A stretch of 64,000 bases of DNA from positions 2,176,001-2,240,000 of the forward strand of contig OZ244720.1 of assembly GCA_965219085.1 (NCBI GenBank), read 5' to 3'. The first letter of the stretch is position 1. Every line of letters begins with the position of its first letter. Position numbers and translations under genes: made by a program. The stretch comes from Dehalococcoidia bacterium. GTDB taxonomy: Bacteria; Chloroflexota; Dehalococcoidia; UBA2979. Positions 1 to 9,098 of the stretch are shown here, piece after piece. The notes under the pieces are model-generated. The model was not told the DNA's origin. It worked only from the letters and a program-made list of their open reading frames with translations, and did no database searches.

Positions 1-964
1 CTCGGAGGCCAACTCGGTGCTCTCCAACCCCGAGACGCGCGCCGCCTACGACCGCTACGGCGATCGCTGGCGCGACGCCGGGCAGATCGAGGAGATGCGA
101 CGCCGCGGCGCGGGCGGCCCCTTCGGCGGCAGCCCGTTCGGGTTTGGCGGCGAGGGCGCCCGGACCTTCGAGTTCAACGTCGGCGACCTCGGCGGCGACG
201 GGCCAGGTGGGCCGGGTGGCTTCGGCGGGATCTTCGACGGCCTCTTCGGCCGCGGCGCCGACGCCCCACGCGCCCCTCGCGCGCCGCGGCGAGGCCGCGA
301 CATCGACCACCCCGTCGAGGTCTCGCTCCAGGAGGCATACGAGGGCACGAAGCGCACGATCGAGCTGGTCGACGGCGCCGCCCCGTGCACCATCTGCGGC
401 GGCTCCGGCAGCCTTGCCGGAGCGACCTGCCACAGTTGCCGCGGCAGCGGGAGCGCCGGCGCCACCCGGCGACTCGAGGTGACGATCCCCGCCGGCATCC
501 GCAGCGACCAGCGCGTGCGCGTGCGCGGCAAGGGCGAGCCGAGCCCGCGCGGCGCGGAACCGGGTGACCTGTTCCTCGTGGTCACCGTGCGCCGCGATCC
601 GCGCTTCGAGCGCCGCGGCGACGACCTGCACGTCGACGTCGATGTCCCCGTGACGGTCGCCGCGCTCGGCGGCGAGGTGCGGGTGCCGACGCTCAAGGGG
701 CGGGCGCTCGCGCTCACGATCCCCGCCGGCACACGCAGCGGCCGCACGTTCCGCCTCGCCGGGCAGGGCATGCCGCGGCGCGACGGCGCCGGCTTCGGCG
801 ACCTGCACGCCCGCGCGCTGCTCCAGCTCCCCGAGCGCCTCAGCGCGGAGCAACTCGAACTGCTTGAGCGCCTGCGCGCGACCGAGGGCGCCACCGAGGC
901 ACCGATGGAGGACGGCGACGCGGACGCCCCCACGCCCGACGAGGAGGCCGGGGTCGCGTCGTAA
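1..964 (+). CDS. dnaJ: DnaJ-class co-chaperone (5'-truncated by window edge)
   Basis: Frame is open from the window start with the end of a J domain (EANSVLSNPETRAAYDRYG), a G/F-rich region, two CxxCxGxG motifs (CTICGGSG, CHSCRGSG) and a DnaJ C-terminal domain (GDLFLVV, ALGGEVRVPTL). Confidence 0.85.
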   Translation, partial: SEANSVLSNPETRAAYDRYGDRWRDAGQIEEMRRRGAGGPFGGSPFGFGGEGARTFEFNVGDLGGDGPGGPGGFGGIFDGLFGRGADAPRAPRAPRRGRDIDHPVEVSLQEAYEGTKRTIELVDGAAPCTICGGSGSLAGATCHSCRGSGSAGATRRLEVTIPAGIRSDQRVRVRGKGEPSPRGAEPGDLFLVVTVRRDPRFERRGDDLHVDVDVPVTVAALGGEVRVPTLKGRALALTIPAGTRSGRTFRLAGQGMPRRDGAGFGDLHARALLQLPERLSAEQLELLERLRATEGATEAPMEDGDADAPTPDEEAGVAS

Positions 965-1011
965 GGCGGGCCAGGGCCTCCCGTATCGAACGGAACGAAT
1001 GAAGGCGAACG

Positions 1012-1368
1012 ATGACGAACTTCCCGCAGGACGAGCCGGTCTTCCAGATCTCGATCGTGGCGCGCATGGTCGGCGTCCACCAGCAGACGCTGCGCACCTA
1101 CGAGCGCATGGGGCTCGTCGCGCCGGCGCGCAGCCGCGGCAACCGGCGGCTCTACTCGCAGCGCGACGTCGAGGTGCTGCTGCGTTTGCGCCAGTACGTC
1201 GAGGACCTCGGCGTGAACCTAGCGGGCGCCGAGGTGCTGCTGCGGCTCAACCGCCGCGTCGAAGAGCTGCAGCAGGAGCTCGACGCGACGCGCAGGGAGC
1301 TCGCGCGGGTACACGCGCTGCTGGAAGAGCGCACCGCGAGCCGGACTGATGACGCGACACCGACATAA
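1012..1368 (+). CDS. hspR: MerR-family heat-shock repressor HspR
   Basis: PVFQISIVARMVGVHQQTLRTYER...RSRGNRRLYS...LGVNLAG signature; lies directly after dnaJ. Confidence 0.85.
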   Translation: MTNFPQDEPVFQISIVARMVGVHQQTLRTYERMGLVAPARSRGNRRLYSQRDVEVLLRLRQYVEDLGVNLAGAEVLLRLNRRVEELQQELDATRRELARVHALLEERTASRTDDATPT

Positions 1369-1410
1369 CCATGGCCAGGACGAGACGAAGCACGCAGAGG
1401 CGGTGCAGCG

Positions 1411-3852
1411 ATGATGAGACAGGACCGGTTCACGGAGCAGGCGCAGGCGGTACTCCAGTCCTCGCAGCAGCTCGTGCGCGACCAGCGCCACGCACAGTGG
1501 GACGTCGAGCACGTCTTCCTCGCGATCGCGACGATGCCGGACGGCGTCGCGCGCGACGTGCTGGACGACCTCGGCGTCAACGCCGCGGCGCTCGTGGCGC
1601 GCATCCAGCGCCACCTCGACCAGTCGCCCAGGCTCAGCCACGACGTGGTGCAGATCTACACGACGCCGCGCATCGTGCGGCTGCTCGAGGCCGCCAACAC
1701 CGAGGCCGACCGGCTCAAGGATCAGTTCGTCGGCGTCGAGCACCTGCTCATCGCCATCGCCGACATCCGCGACGGCGAGGCGGCGGCGATCTTCGAGGAG
1801 TACCAGGTCTCCAGGGAGCGCATCTACGCGTCTCTCCAGAAGATCCGCGGCAGCGCGCGCGTCGACTCCCCGACGGCCGACTCGCAGTACCAGGCGCTCA
1901 GCCGCTACTCGACGGACCTCACGCAGCTCGCCCGCGACGACGAGCTCGACCCCGTGATCGGCCGCGAGGTGGAGTGCGAGCGCGTGATGCAGGTGCTCAA
2001 CCGCCGCACGAAGAACAACCCCGTGCTGATCGGCGAGGCCGGCGTCGGCAAGACGGCCATCGTCGAGGGCCTCGCGCAGCGCATCGCCGCCGGCGAGGCG
2101 CCCGAGCGGCTGCGCGACAAGTCCGTGCTCGCCCTCGACATGGGCGCGCTGGTGGCCGGCTCGAAGTTCCGCGGCGAGTTCGAGGAGCGCCTACAGTCCG
2201 TGATGCGCGAGGTGCGCGAGTCGAAGGGCGAGATCATCCTCTTCCTCGACGAGATCCACCAGCTCGTCGGGGCCGGCGGCGCCGAGGGCGCCATCGACGC
2301 CTCGAACATGATGAAGCCCGCGCTCGCGCGCGGTGAGCTGCACGTGATCGGCGCGACCACGCTCGACGAGTACCGCAAGATCGAGGCCGACCCGGCGCTC
2401 GAGCGGCGCTTCTCGCCCGTCTACGTCGACGAGCCGAGCGTCGAGGAGGCCGTCGAGATCCTGCGCGGGCTGCGCGCTCGCTACGAGGAGCACCACGGCC
2501 TGCGCATCACCGACGAGGCGCTCGACGCCGCAGTGCAACTGAGCGCGCGCTACCTGACCGAGCGCCAGCTCCCCGACAAGGCGATCGACCTCATCGACGA
2601 GGCGGCCTCGCGCCATGTGATCCTCGCCGAGTCGCTGCCCGGCGACGTGCGCGACCTCAAGCAGCGGCTGCAGGAGGCGTCGGACCGCCTCGACGCGGCA
2701 GCGGCGCGCGAGGACTTCGAGGAGGCGGCGCGTATCAAGCAGGAGGTCCTGCACATCCAGGACGAGTACCGCTCCAGCGAGACGGAGTGGCGCTCCGAGG
2801 CGGGCGTCTCCGACGAGGTGACCGAGTCCGACATCGCCGCGCTGATCGCGCAGATGACCGGCATCCCCGTCGACCGCATGCTCGAGGGCGAGGCCGAGAA
2901 GCTGCTGCACATGGAGGAGGCGCTGCACGGCCGCGTCGTGGGCCAGGACCAGGCGATCGTGACCCTCGCCGACGCGATCCGGCGGGCGCGCTCCGGCCTC
3001 AAGGACCCGCGGCGGCCGATCGGCTCCTTCATCTTCCTCGGGCCCACCGGGGTGGGGAAGACGGAGCTGGCGAAGGCGCTGGCCGAGTACATGTTCAACG
3101 ACGAGGACGCGCTGCTGCGCCTCGATATGTCCGAGTACCAGGAGCGCCACACCGTCTCGCGGCTCGTCGGCGCCCCTCCGGGCTACATCGGCTTCGACCA
3201 GGCCGGCGGCCTCACCGAGGCCGTGCGGCGTCGGCCGTACCAGGTGGTGCTGTTCGACGAGATCGAGAAGGCCCACCCCGACGTATTCAACGCGCTGCTC
3301 CAGATCCTCGAGGACGGCAGGCTCACGGATACCCACGGCCGCACGGTCGACTTCCGCAACACGGTGGTCATCCTCACCTCGAACCTCGGTACGACGGGGC
3401 CGAGGGGGACGATCGGGTTCGGGCGGACGCGCAGCGACGACGAGCGTGAGACGCGCCGCCGCAACGTCGACGAGGCGCTCAAGCAGGCGTTCCGGCCCGA
3501 GTTCCTCAACCGCCTCGACGAGATCATCGTGTTCGAGGCGCTGACGGCAGCGGAGATCGCGCAGGTCGCCGACCTGCTGCTCGCCGAGGTGAGCGAGCGG
3601 CTGGCCGAGCGGCGCATCGACTTCCGGGTGACCGAGGCGGCGAAGGCGGCGCTGGTGGAAGAGGGCTTCGACCCCGACTTCGGGGCGCGGCCGCTGCGCC
3701 GCACGATCCAGCGCCGGATCGAGAACGAGCTGGCGCGGCGTGTCCTCGCCGGCGAGTTCGCCGAGGGCGACGTGGTCGTCGTCGGCCGCGACGAGGGCGG
3801 CGCGGAGTACACGTTCAGCGCGGAGCGGGCGCGCGCGGAGGTGGCCGTATAA
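1411..3852 (+). CDS. clpC: Clp ATPase, ClpC-type (Hsp100)
   Basis: Two Clp-N repeats, Walker A motifs GEAGVGKT and GPTGVGKT, a short UVR-like middle domain ([15 protein letters not shown]) and an IGF ClpP-docking loop (GTIGFG). Confidence 0.8.
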   Translation: MMRQDRFTEQAQAVLQSSQQLVRDQRHAQWDVEHVFLAIATMPDGVARDVLDDLGVNAAALVARIQRHLDQSPRLSHDVVQIYTTPRIVRLLEAANTEADRLKDQFVGVEHLLIAIADIRDGEAAAIFEEYQVSRERIYASLQKIRGSARVDSPTADSQYQALSRYSTDLTQLARDDELDPVIGREVECERVMQVLNRRTKNNPVLIGEAGVGKTAIVEGLAQRIAAGEAPERLRDKSVLALDMGALVAGSKFRGEFEERLQSVMREVRESKGEIILFLDEIHQLVGAGGAEGAIDASNMMKPALARGELHVIGATTLDEYRKIEADPALERRFSPVYVDEPSVEEAVEILRGLRARYEEHHGLRITDEALDAAVQLSARYLTERQLPDKAIDLIDEAASRHVILAESLPGDVRDLKQRLQEASDRLDAAAAREDFEEAARIKQEVLHIQDEYRSSETEWRSEAGVSDEVTESDIAALIAQMTGIPVDRMLEGEAEKLLHMEEALHGRVVGQDQAIVTLADAIRRARSGLKDPRRPIGSFIFLGPTGVGKTELAKALAEYMFNDEDALLRLDMSEYQERHTVSRLVGAPPGYIGFDQAGGLTEAVRRRPYQVVLFDEIEKAHPDVFNALLQILEDGRLTDTHGRTVDFRNTVVILTSNLGTTGPRGTIGFGRTRSDDERETRRRNVDEALKQAFRPEFLNRLDEIIVFEALTAAEIAQVADLLLAEVSERLAERRIDFRVTEAAKAALVEEGFDPDFGARPLRRTIQRRIENELARRVLAGEFAEGDVVVVGRDEGGAEYTFSAERARAEVAV

Positions 3853-3878
3853 CACGTCGGCGCGGCGCCAGGTTCGGC

Positions 3879-3907
3879 TTGACAGCCTGCCGGACACGTA
3901 GCATGAT
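3879..3907 (+). promoter_or_regulatory. sigma70-type promoter of the NYN gene
   Basis: TTGACA (3879-3884), 17-nt spacer, CATGAT (3902-3907). Confidence 0.6.
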
Positions 3908-3993
3908 TTGGTCAATCTTCCCCGCCCTGCTCCGAAAGGCGCCGTGGCGGGGTTGTTGCGTTAAGGGGAGAGTGCGGAAAGGGGACAGAGCAC

Positions 3994-4590
3994 ATCCAGC
4001 GTGTAATCGTTCTCTTTGACGCCCAGAACTTCTACCGGGGCGCACGTCGTGCTTTCTTCGACGACCGTTTAGATCCTGCGCGGCTCGGCCAGTTCTGGCC
4101 TCGGGCGGCGGCTGACCTGATCGTGACACGGGACGAAGGTCGTTCACTGAGAGAAGTTCGGGCCTACACCGGTCGCCCGGACCGCGCCAGGGATGCCCGT
4201 GGTAACGCTGCGCACATGCGCCAGTCCGCGGCATGGGCGCACTCAGGCGTCGACGTGCGCTGGCGACTGTTGAGCTACCCGCGCGACTGGCCCAGGTCCC
4301 CACCGCGAGAGAAGGGTGTCGATGTCGCCATCGCGACTGACATCGTGGCGCTGTCCTTGCGACGCGTGTGTGACGTCATCGTTGTGGCGTCCGCTGACAC
4401 TGACTTGCGGCCAGCTATTGAAGAGGCGCGACTCCGCACGGACGTCACAATCGAGGTCGCCGCGTGGTGGGGTGAGCGCTCGAGGCAGCGGCTCGCCGTG
4501 CCTGGCTCCAACCTCTGGTGTCACTGGTTGAGGCGCGACGACTACGACCGGGTGCGGGACGACACGCCCTACAGGGTCGGCCGCAGATAA
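3994..4590 (+). CDS. NYN/LabA (DUF88) PIN-like nuclease; start uncertain (possibly ATC)
   Basis: In-frame upstream of the listed ORF is QRVIVLFDAQNFYRG (NYN N-terminal D-x-x-N motif), followed by EKGVDVAIATD and SADTDLRPA motifs. Confidence 0.75.
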   Translation: MQRVIVLFDAQNFYRGARRAFFDDRLDPARLGQFWPRAAADLIVTRDEGRSLREVRAYTGRPDRARDARGNAAHMRQSAAWAHSGVDVRWRLLSYPRDWPRSPPREKGVDVAIATDIVALSLRRVCDVIVVASADTDLRPAIEEARLRTDVTIEVAAWWGERSRQRLAVPGSNLWCHWLRRDDYDRVRDDTPYRVGRR

Positions 4591-4699
4591 CCCGTCGACC
4601 CGCCGGTGTTCGGCGCGAGCCGTTGCCTGCCCCCGCCCGCCCTCCGATAATCGATCCGCACACCACCAACCCGCTCCCGCACACCGCACGGAGACCATC

Positions 4700-6217
4700 G
4701 TGGGCAGTAACCGCCGACGCCGCCGACGCCGCCGAGGCGGGAACAGGGGGCGGCAGGACACCCAACAGGATCAGCAGCAGGCGCAGCCCGACGAGCAGCC
4801 CGCCGAGCGGCCGTCGCAGCCACGCCGTGGCGCCAGTAGTTCGCGGCGACGGGAGCGCTCGAGCACCTCGCGCTCGCCGGGGGTGCAGCGCATCCGCGCC
4901 TCCGTGGACTCGTTCGGGGGCTTCCTCACCATCGGGGCCGTGGTCATCGCCGTCGGCGCCGTCATCGTGCTCATCATCCTCAACCGGCCAGGCGGCGGCG
5001 CCGAGGTCGGTGAAGGCGAGTTCGTCGCCCCCGCGACGGAGGCGCCGGTGGACGGGCGGCTCCTCGGGAACCCCGACGCGCCGGTGCGCATCGTCGCGTT
5101 CGAGGATTTCAGTTGCTCGCACTGCGGCACGTTCTCGCGCGAGACCAAGCCGCTGATCGAGGAGGAGTACATCAACGCCGGGCTCGTCTCGATCGAGTAC
5201 CGGCACCTGGCGCTCCTCGGCCCGGACTCCGAGCGGGCGGGCGCGGCGTCGGAGTGCGCTGCCGACCAGAACCTGTTCTGGCCGTACCACGACATCCTGT
5301 TCGCACGGCAGGGCGGCCCGGGCTGGGCCTCCAACGGCAACCTCAAGAACTTCGCTCGCGAGATGAACGACGCGCTGGGAGGCGGCGGGCTCGACCTCGA
5401 TGCGTTCGATGACTGCGTCGACGCGGGCGTGAAAGAGTTCACGGTGCAGGTCGCCACCGAGGAGGCCGTCGACCTGATCATCGGCATCGGCGATCAGCCT
5501 TCGACGCCGAAGTTCTTCATCAACGGCGCGCTCCGCATCCGTGGCGCACAGCCGATCGAGGCCTTCCGCGCCGAGATCGACCGCGTGCTGGCCGCCGCCG
5601 GCGTGGCGGGGGACGAGGAGTCCGCCGCTCCCGAGAGCGGGCCGCCCGTCGACGGCCGCCTGCTCGGCAACCCGGACGCTCCAGTGCGGCTCGTCGCGTT
5701 CGAGGACTTCAGTTGCTCGCACTGCGCTGACTTCTCGGGCGACACGAAGTCACTGATCGAGGAGGAGTACATCAACGATGGACTCGTTTCGATCGAGTTC
5801 AGGCACTTCGCCATCCTCGGCGCGGACTCGGAGCGGGCCGCCGCGGCGTCCGAGTGCGCCGCGGACCAGAACCTGTTCTGGCCGTACCACGACGTGCTCT
5901 TCGCCCGCCAGGGCGGCCAGGGCTGGGCGTCCGATGACAACCTCAGGGGCTTCGCGCGCGAGATGAACGAGGCGCTCGGCGGTGAGGGGCTCGAGCTCGA
6001 TGCATTCGACGCGTGCGTGGACTCGGGCGCGAAGGTGCAAACGGTGCGCGACGCGACCGACGAGGCGGGGCAGTCGATCGTCGGTGCGGGCGGGCAGCCC
6101 TCGACGCCGACGTTCTTCATCAACGACGCGCCCGCCGTCCAGGGCGCCAGGCCGATCGAGGTCTTCCGCGAGGCGATCGAGGCCGCGCTGGACGCCGCGG
6201 GCGCAGGCGGCGGGTAG
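4700..6217 (+). CDS. Membrane-anchored DsbA-family protein with two tandem thioredoxin-like domains
   Basis: One TM helix, then two near-identical domains (LGNPDAPV..FEDFSCSHC...STP.FFIN). Confidence 0.85.
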   Translation: MGSNRRRRRRRRGGNRGRQDTQQDQQQAQPDEQPAERPSQPRRGASSSRRRERSSTSRSPGVQRIRASVDSFGGFLTIGAVVIAVGAVIVLIILNRPGGGAEVGEGEFVAPATEAPVDGRLLGNPDAPVRIVAFEDFSCSHCGTFSRETKPLIEEEYINAGLVSIEYRHLALLGPDSERAGAASECAADQNLFWPYHDILFARQGGPGWASNGNLKNFAREMNDALGGGGLDLDAFDDCVDAGVKEFTVQVATEEAVDLIIGIGDQPSTPKFFINGALRIRGAQPIEAFRAEIDRVLAAAGVAGDEESAAPESGPPVDGRLLGNPDAPVRLVAFEDFSCSHCADFSGDTKSLIEEEYINDGLVSIEFRHFAILGADSERAAAASECAADQNLFWPYHDVLFARQGGQGWASDDNLRGFAREMNEALGGEGLELDAFDACVDSGAKVQTVRDATDEAGQSIVGAGGQPSTPTFFINDAPAVQGARPIEVFREAIEAALDAAGAGGG

Positions 6218-6227
6218 ACGCACGACC

Positions 6228-6701
6228 GTGGGAGCACTGCTCGCGCGCCGACGTGACGCGCTGTTCGCCCTCGTCGTGCTCGGGACTGGCGTCGCCGCGT
6301 ACCTCAGCTGGGTCGCCCTCGATAGCGAGCAGGAGCCCTTCTGCTCCGGTGTGGGCGACTGCCACACGGTGCAGAGCTCCGAGTTCGCCGAGATCGGTGG
6401 TGTGCCGATCGCGCTGCTCGGCCTCGGCATGTACGTCACGCTGCTCGTGCTGGTGGCGGCGCGCCGCTTCTGGTCCCGGGCCGCCGAGGCGGGACTCGAT
6501 CGCCCGCTGGCGAGCGCGACCTTCGGGATCGCGTTGAGCGGTGCGCTCTACTCGGCGTACCTGACGTACCTCGAGCTGTTCGAGATCGACGCGATCTGCG
6601 CGTGGTGTGTGACCTCGGCGGTGATCGTGACGCTGATCACCGTGCTCAGCGCGCCGGACCTGCGCGTCGCGGGTGGCTCCGGGGCGCGACCGCCACTATG
6701 A
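6228..6701 (+). CDS. Vitamin K epoxide reductase (VKOR) family, DsbB-equivalent
   Basis: C-x5-C loop (CSGVGDC), VQSS motif and TM-embedded CAWC; GTG start at 6228; adjacent to dsbA. Confidence 0.85.
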   Translation: MGALLARRRDALFALVVLGTGVAAYLSWVALDSEQEPFCSGVGDCHTVQSSEFAEIGGVPIALLGLGMYVTLLVLVAARRFWSRAAEAGLDRPLASATFGIALSGALYSAYLTYLELFEIDAICAWCVTSAVIVTLITVLSAPDLRVAGGSGARPPL

Positions 6702-6758
6702 TCCGACACAGCATGATCCGGCATAACGTCGCCGCGTGGAGACTCTCGAGGGGGCTGT

Positions 6759-7061
6759 GTGTCCGAGCTTGACGTCACATTCGATGACATGACCGTACTC
6801 ACCGAGGGCGGCGCCGACGTGTTCGTCGTCAACCTCAACGACTCGGACGAGCCGCCGCCGTACTACGTCGCCGTCTCCGGGCGGCGCTTTAGCTTCGAGG
6901 GCGCGACATTCCTCATCCACGGCCACAGCGCCCTGATGCCCGAGTGGGTGCGCGAGCACGCGGCCGAGGGCCGGCTCGTCCTCCTCGGCGAGCGCGAGGA
7001 CCGCTACCTGCGCTACGTCCACGATCCCGCCGAGGAGATGGAGGACGACGAAGAGGAGTAG
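6759..7061 (+). CDS. Hypothetical acidic protein
   Basis: 100-aa ORF with an RBS-like GAGGGG and GC3-biased codons; no recognised motif. Confidence 0.6.
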   Translation: MSELDVTFDDMTVLTEGGADVFVVNLNDSDEPPPYYVAVSGRRFSFEGATFLIHGHSALMPEWVREHAAEGRLVLLGEREDRYLRYVHDPAEEMEDDEEE

Positions 7062-7125
7062 TCCTCGCTTCGTCCCGCGCTCCGCGCAGACTCGAACGCC
7101 CCGCTGATGCGGGACGTTGTGCCGC

Positions 7126-7788
7126 TTACCGCAGGAACACGATCCCCGAGCCGACGAAGTACGCGCCCAGTCCCACCAGGAACACGCCGCACACCGCGAG
7201 CAGCCCTCGGTAGGCGCGGCGGCCGAACCAGCGCCGCCCGGAGTGGACGAGCCACGCCATGAGCGTGAGCCAGGCCAGGTCGGACACGATGTGTCCGGCG
7301 AAGACCGCGCCCGGCCCGGCGATGCCCGCGTCGAGCGAGTCGGCGGTGAGCTTCGTGCCGACACTCGCCCACCAGATCACCCAGTACGGGTTGCCGACCG
7401 AGACGAGGATGCCGAGCAGCACCACGCGCCGCGCGGAGGCGGCCGACGGCGCGCCCGCGGTGACGAAAGCGGGCGTGAGTTCCGCCCGCGGCAGGCTGCG
7501 CACGAGGTCGATGCCGAGGTAGACGAGGATGCCCCCACCCACGAGCGCGATCGCCGCCGCCAGCGGGCTCTCGTCGTCGAGAGCGGCGCTCAGGCCGAGG
7601 GCGAGCACCACCACCGTCACCGCCTCGGCGATCGCGTGCCCGAGGGTGGCGAGCGGCCCCGCGCGCACCCCGAACACCGTCGCCTCGCGGATCGCCAGCA
7701 CGGTCAGCGGCCCGGGCGTGAGCGCGCCCGACAGTCCGACCGTGAACGCGACGCCGGCGATGGTGGCCAGCTCGAACGCGGTGTCCAT
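7126..7788 (-). CDS. LysE-family translocator
   Basis: GALTPGP, GHAIAE and NPYWVIWW motifs; hydrophobic. Confidence 0.85.
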   Translation of the reverse strand: MDTAFELATIAGVAFTVGLSGALTPGPLTVLAIREATVFGVRAGPLATLGHAIAEAVTVVVLALGLSAALDDESPLAAAIALVGGGILVYLGIDLVRSLPRAELTPAFVTAGAPSAASARRVVLLGILVSVGNPYWVIWWASVGTKLTADSLDAGIAGPGAVFAGHIVSDLAWLTLMAWLVHSGRRWFGRRAYRGLLAVCGVFLVGLGAYFVGSGIVFLR

Positions 7789-7802
7789 GCGCGCAGCGTG
7801 GG

Positions 7803-8999
7803 CTACTCCGCCGTGAGCCGCCAGATCGCGCCGCCGTGGTCGACAACCAGCACTTCGCCGTCCGCGTCGAGGCCGAACGACACGAGGCTGCCCGCGCCTC
7901 CGACGAGCACGACCGGCTCCGTGCGCTCACCCGCCGGCTCGGCGTCAGCGGCCGGCGGGCGGAGCGCGAACACCTCGCCGCTGCAGAAGTCGCCGAACAG
8001 GTAGACGCCTCGCAGCGCGGGGATCGCGTCGCCGCGGTACACGACGCCGCCAGTCACCGAGCAGCGCCCGGCGTCGTGACCGTAGACCAGGACCGGCGGC
8101 GCCATGCCCTCGGCGTCGCAAGCCTGGGCCGGTGTGAGGCACCCGAACCCTTCGAGGACGTTCCAGCCGTGGTTCGCGCCGCGCCCGACCCGGTTGACCT
8201 CCTCGTTGTCGATGAAGCCGACGTCGCCCGCCCACAGCGTGCCGTCCTCGGGGTCGAACGCCATGCGCCACGGGTTGCGGAAGCCGTACGCCCAGATCTC
8301 GTCACGCGCGCCCGCGACGCCGGCGAACGGGTTGTCGGACGGGATGGCGTAGGGCTGCGCCGCCGAGGACGCGCGCACGTCGATGCGGATCACGGCGCCG
8401 AGCAGCGTGCCGAGGTCCTGCCCGTTCTCGAACGGGTCGGTCGAGGCGCTGCCGTCGCCGAGGCTGAGGTAGAGCATGCCGTCCGCCCCGAAGCGGATCG
8501 CGCCGCCGTTCTGGTTGTAGCCGGGCTGCGGCAGCACGAGCACCTCGACGCCACTTGCGGCGTCGGCCGTGTCACCGGCGACCTCGAAGCGCGCGAGCAC
8601 GCTGCGCGGCGGCTCACCGGTGGCGAAGTAGTACGCCCAGAGGCGTCCGTTGCTGCCGAAGTCCGGGTCGAGCGCGACGGAGAGCAGGCCCTCGCCGAGC
8701 TGCACGTCGACGTGCTCGCGCAGGTCGAGGAGCATACGGCGCTCGCTGCCGTCATCGCGGAGCACGAAGACGCGCCCGCCCTGCTCGGCGACCAAGACTC
8801 GACCGCCCGGGTAGACGCCGATCTCGAGCGGCCGCTCGAAGCGCGCCCCGCCGAGCGCGGGCTCAAGCGTGACGGTCGGCAACTCCGGCGGGTCGTAGTC
8901 GCCGCAGGCCACGAGGAGCGCGAGCGTGGCAACGAGCGACGCGAGGCTGGCGTGGCGGAGCAGCCGACTGACGCGGTTCCGGGTCGGGTTGCTGGTCAC
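7803..8999 (-). CDS. PQQ-dependent sugar dehydrogenase (GSDH family) lipoprotein
   Basis: Lipobox VAC; GGAIRFGADGMLYLSLGDG; EIWAYGFRNPWR; YLFGDFCSG. Confidence 0.85.
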   Translation of the reverse strand: MTSNPTRNRVSRLLRHASLASLVATLALLVACGDYDPPELPTVTLEPALGGARFERPLEIGVYPGGRVLVAEQGGRVFVLRDDGSERRMLLDLREHVDVQLGEGLLSVALDPDFGSNGRLWAYYFATGEPPRSVLARFEVAGDTADAASGVEVLVLPQPGYNQNGGAIRFGADGMLYLSLGDGSASTDPFENGQDLGTLLGAVIRIDVRASSAAQPYAIPSDNPFAGVAGARDEIWAYGFRNPWRMAFDPEDGTLWAGDVGFIDNEEVNRVGRGANHGWNVLEGFGCLTPAQACDAEGMAPPVLVYGHDAGRCSVTGGVVYRGDAIPALRGVYLFGDFCSGEVFALRPPAADAEPAGERTEPVVLVGGAGSLVSFGLDADGEVLVVDHGGAIWRLTAE

Positions 9000-9098
9000 A
9001 CCGGGCGCCCCTCGGTCGATCGTGGACGGGTGGACGGTACAGGGAGTGTAGCGGCGGCCCCGCCAGGGGCCGTCGCGGCGCGTACGATAGCCGTCGCG

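Noticed and set aside
960-1410. HAIR operator (CTTGAGT-N7-ACTCAAG) for HspR
   Set aside because: Not seen here; the operon promoter lies outside the window.
1411-3852. ClpB call based on dnaJ-hspR context
   Set aside because: The middle domain is short and an IGF loop is present, which points to ClpC type.
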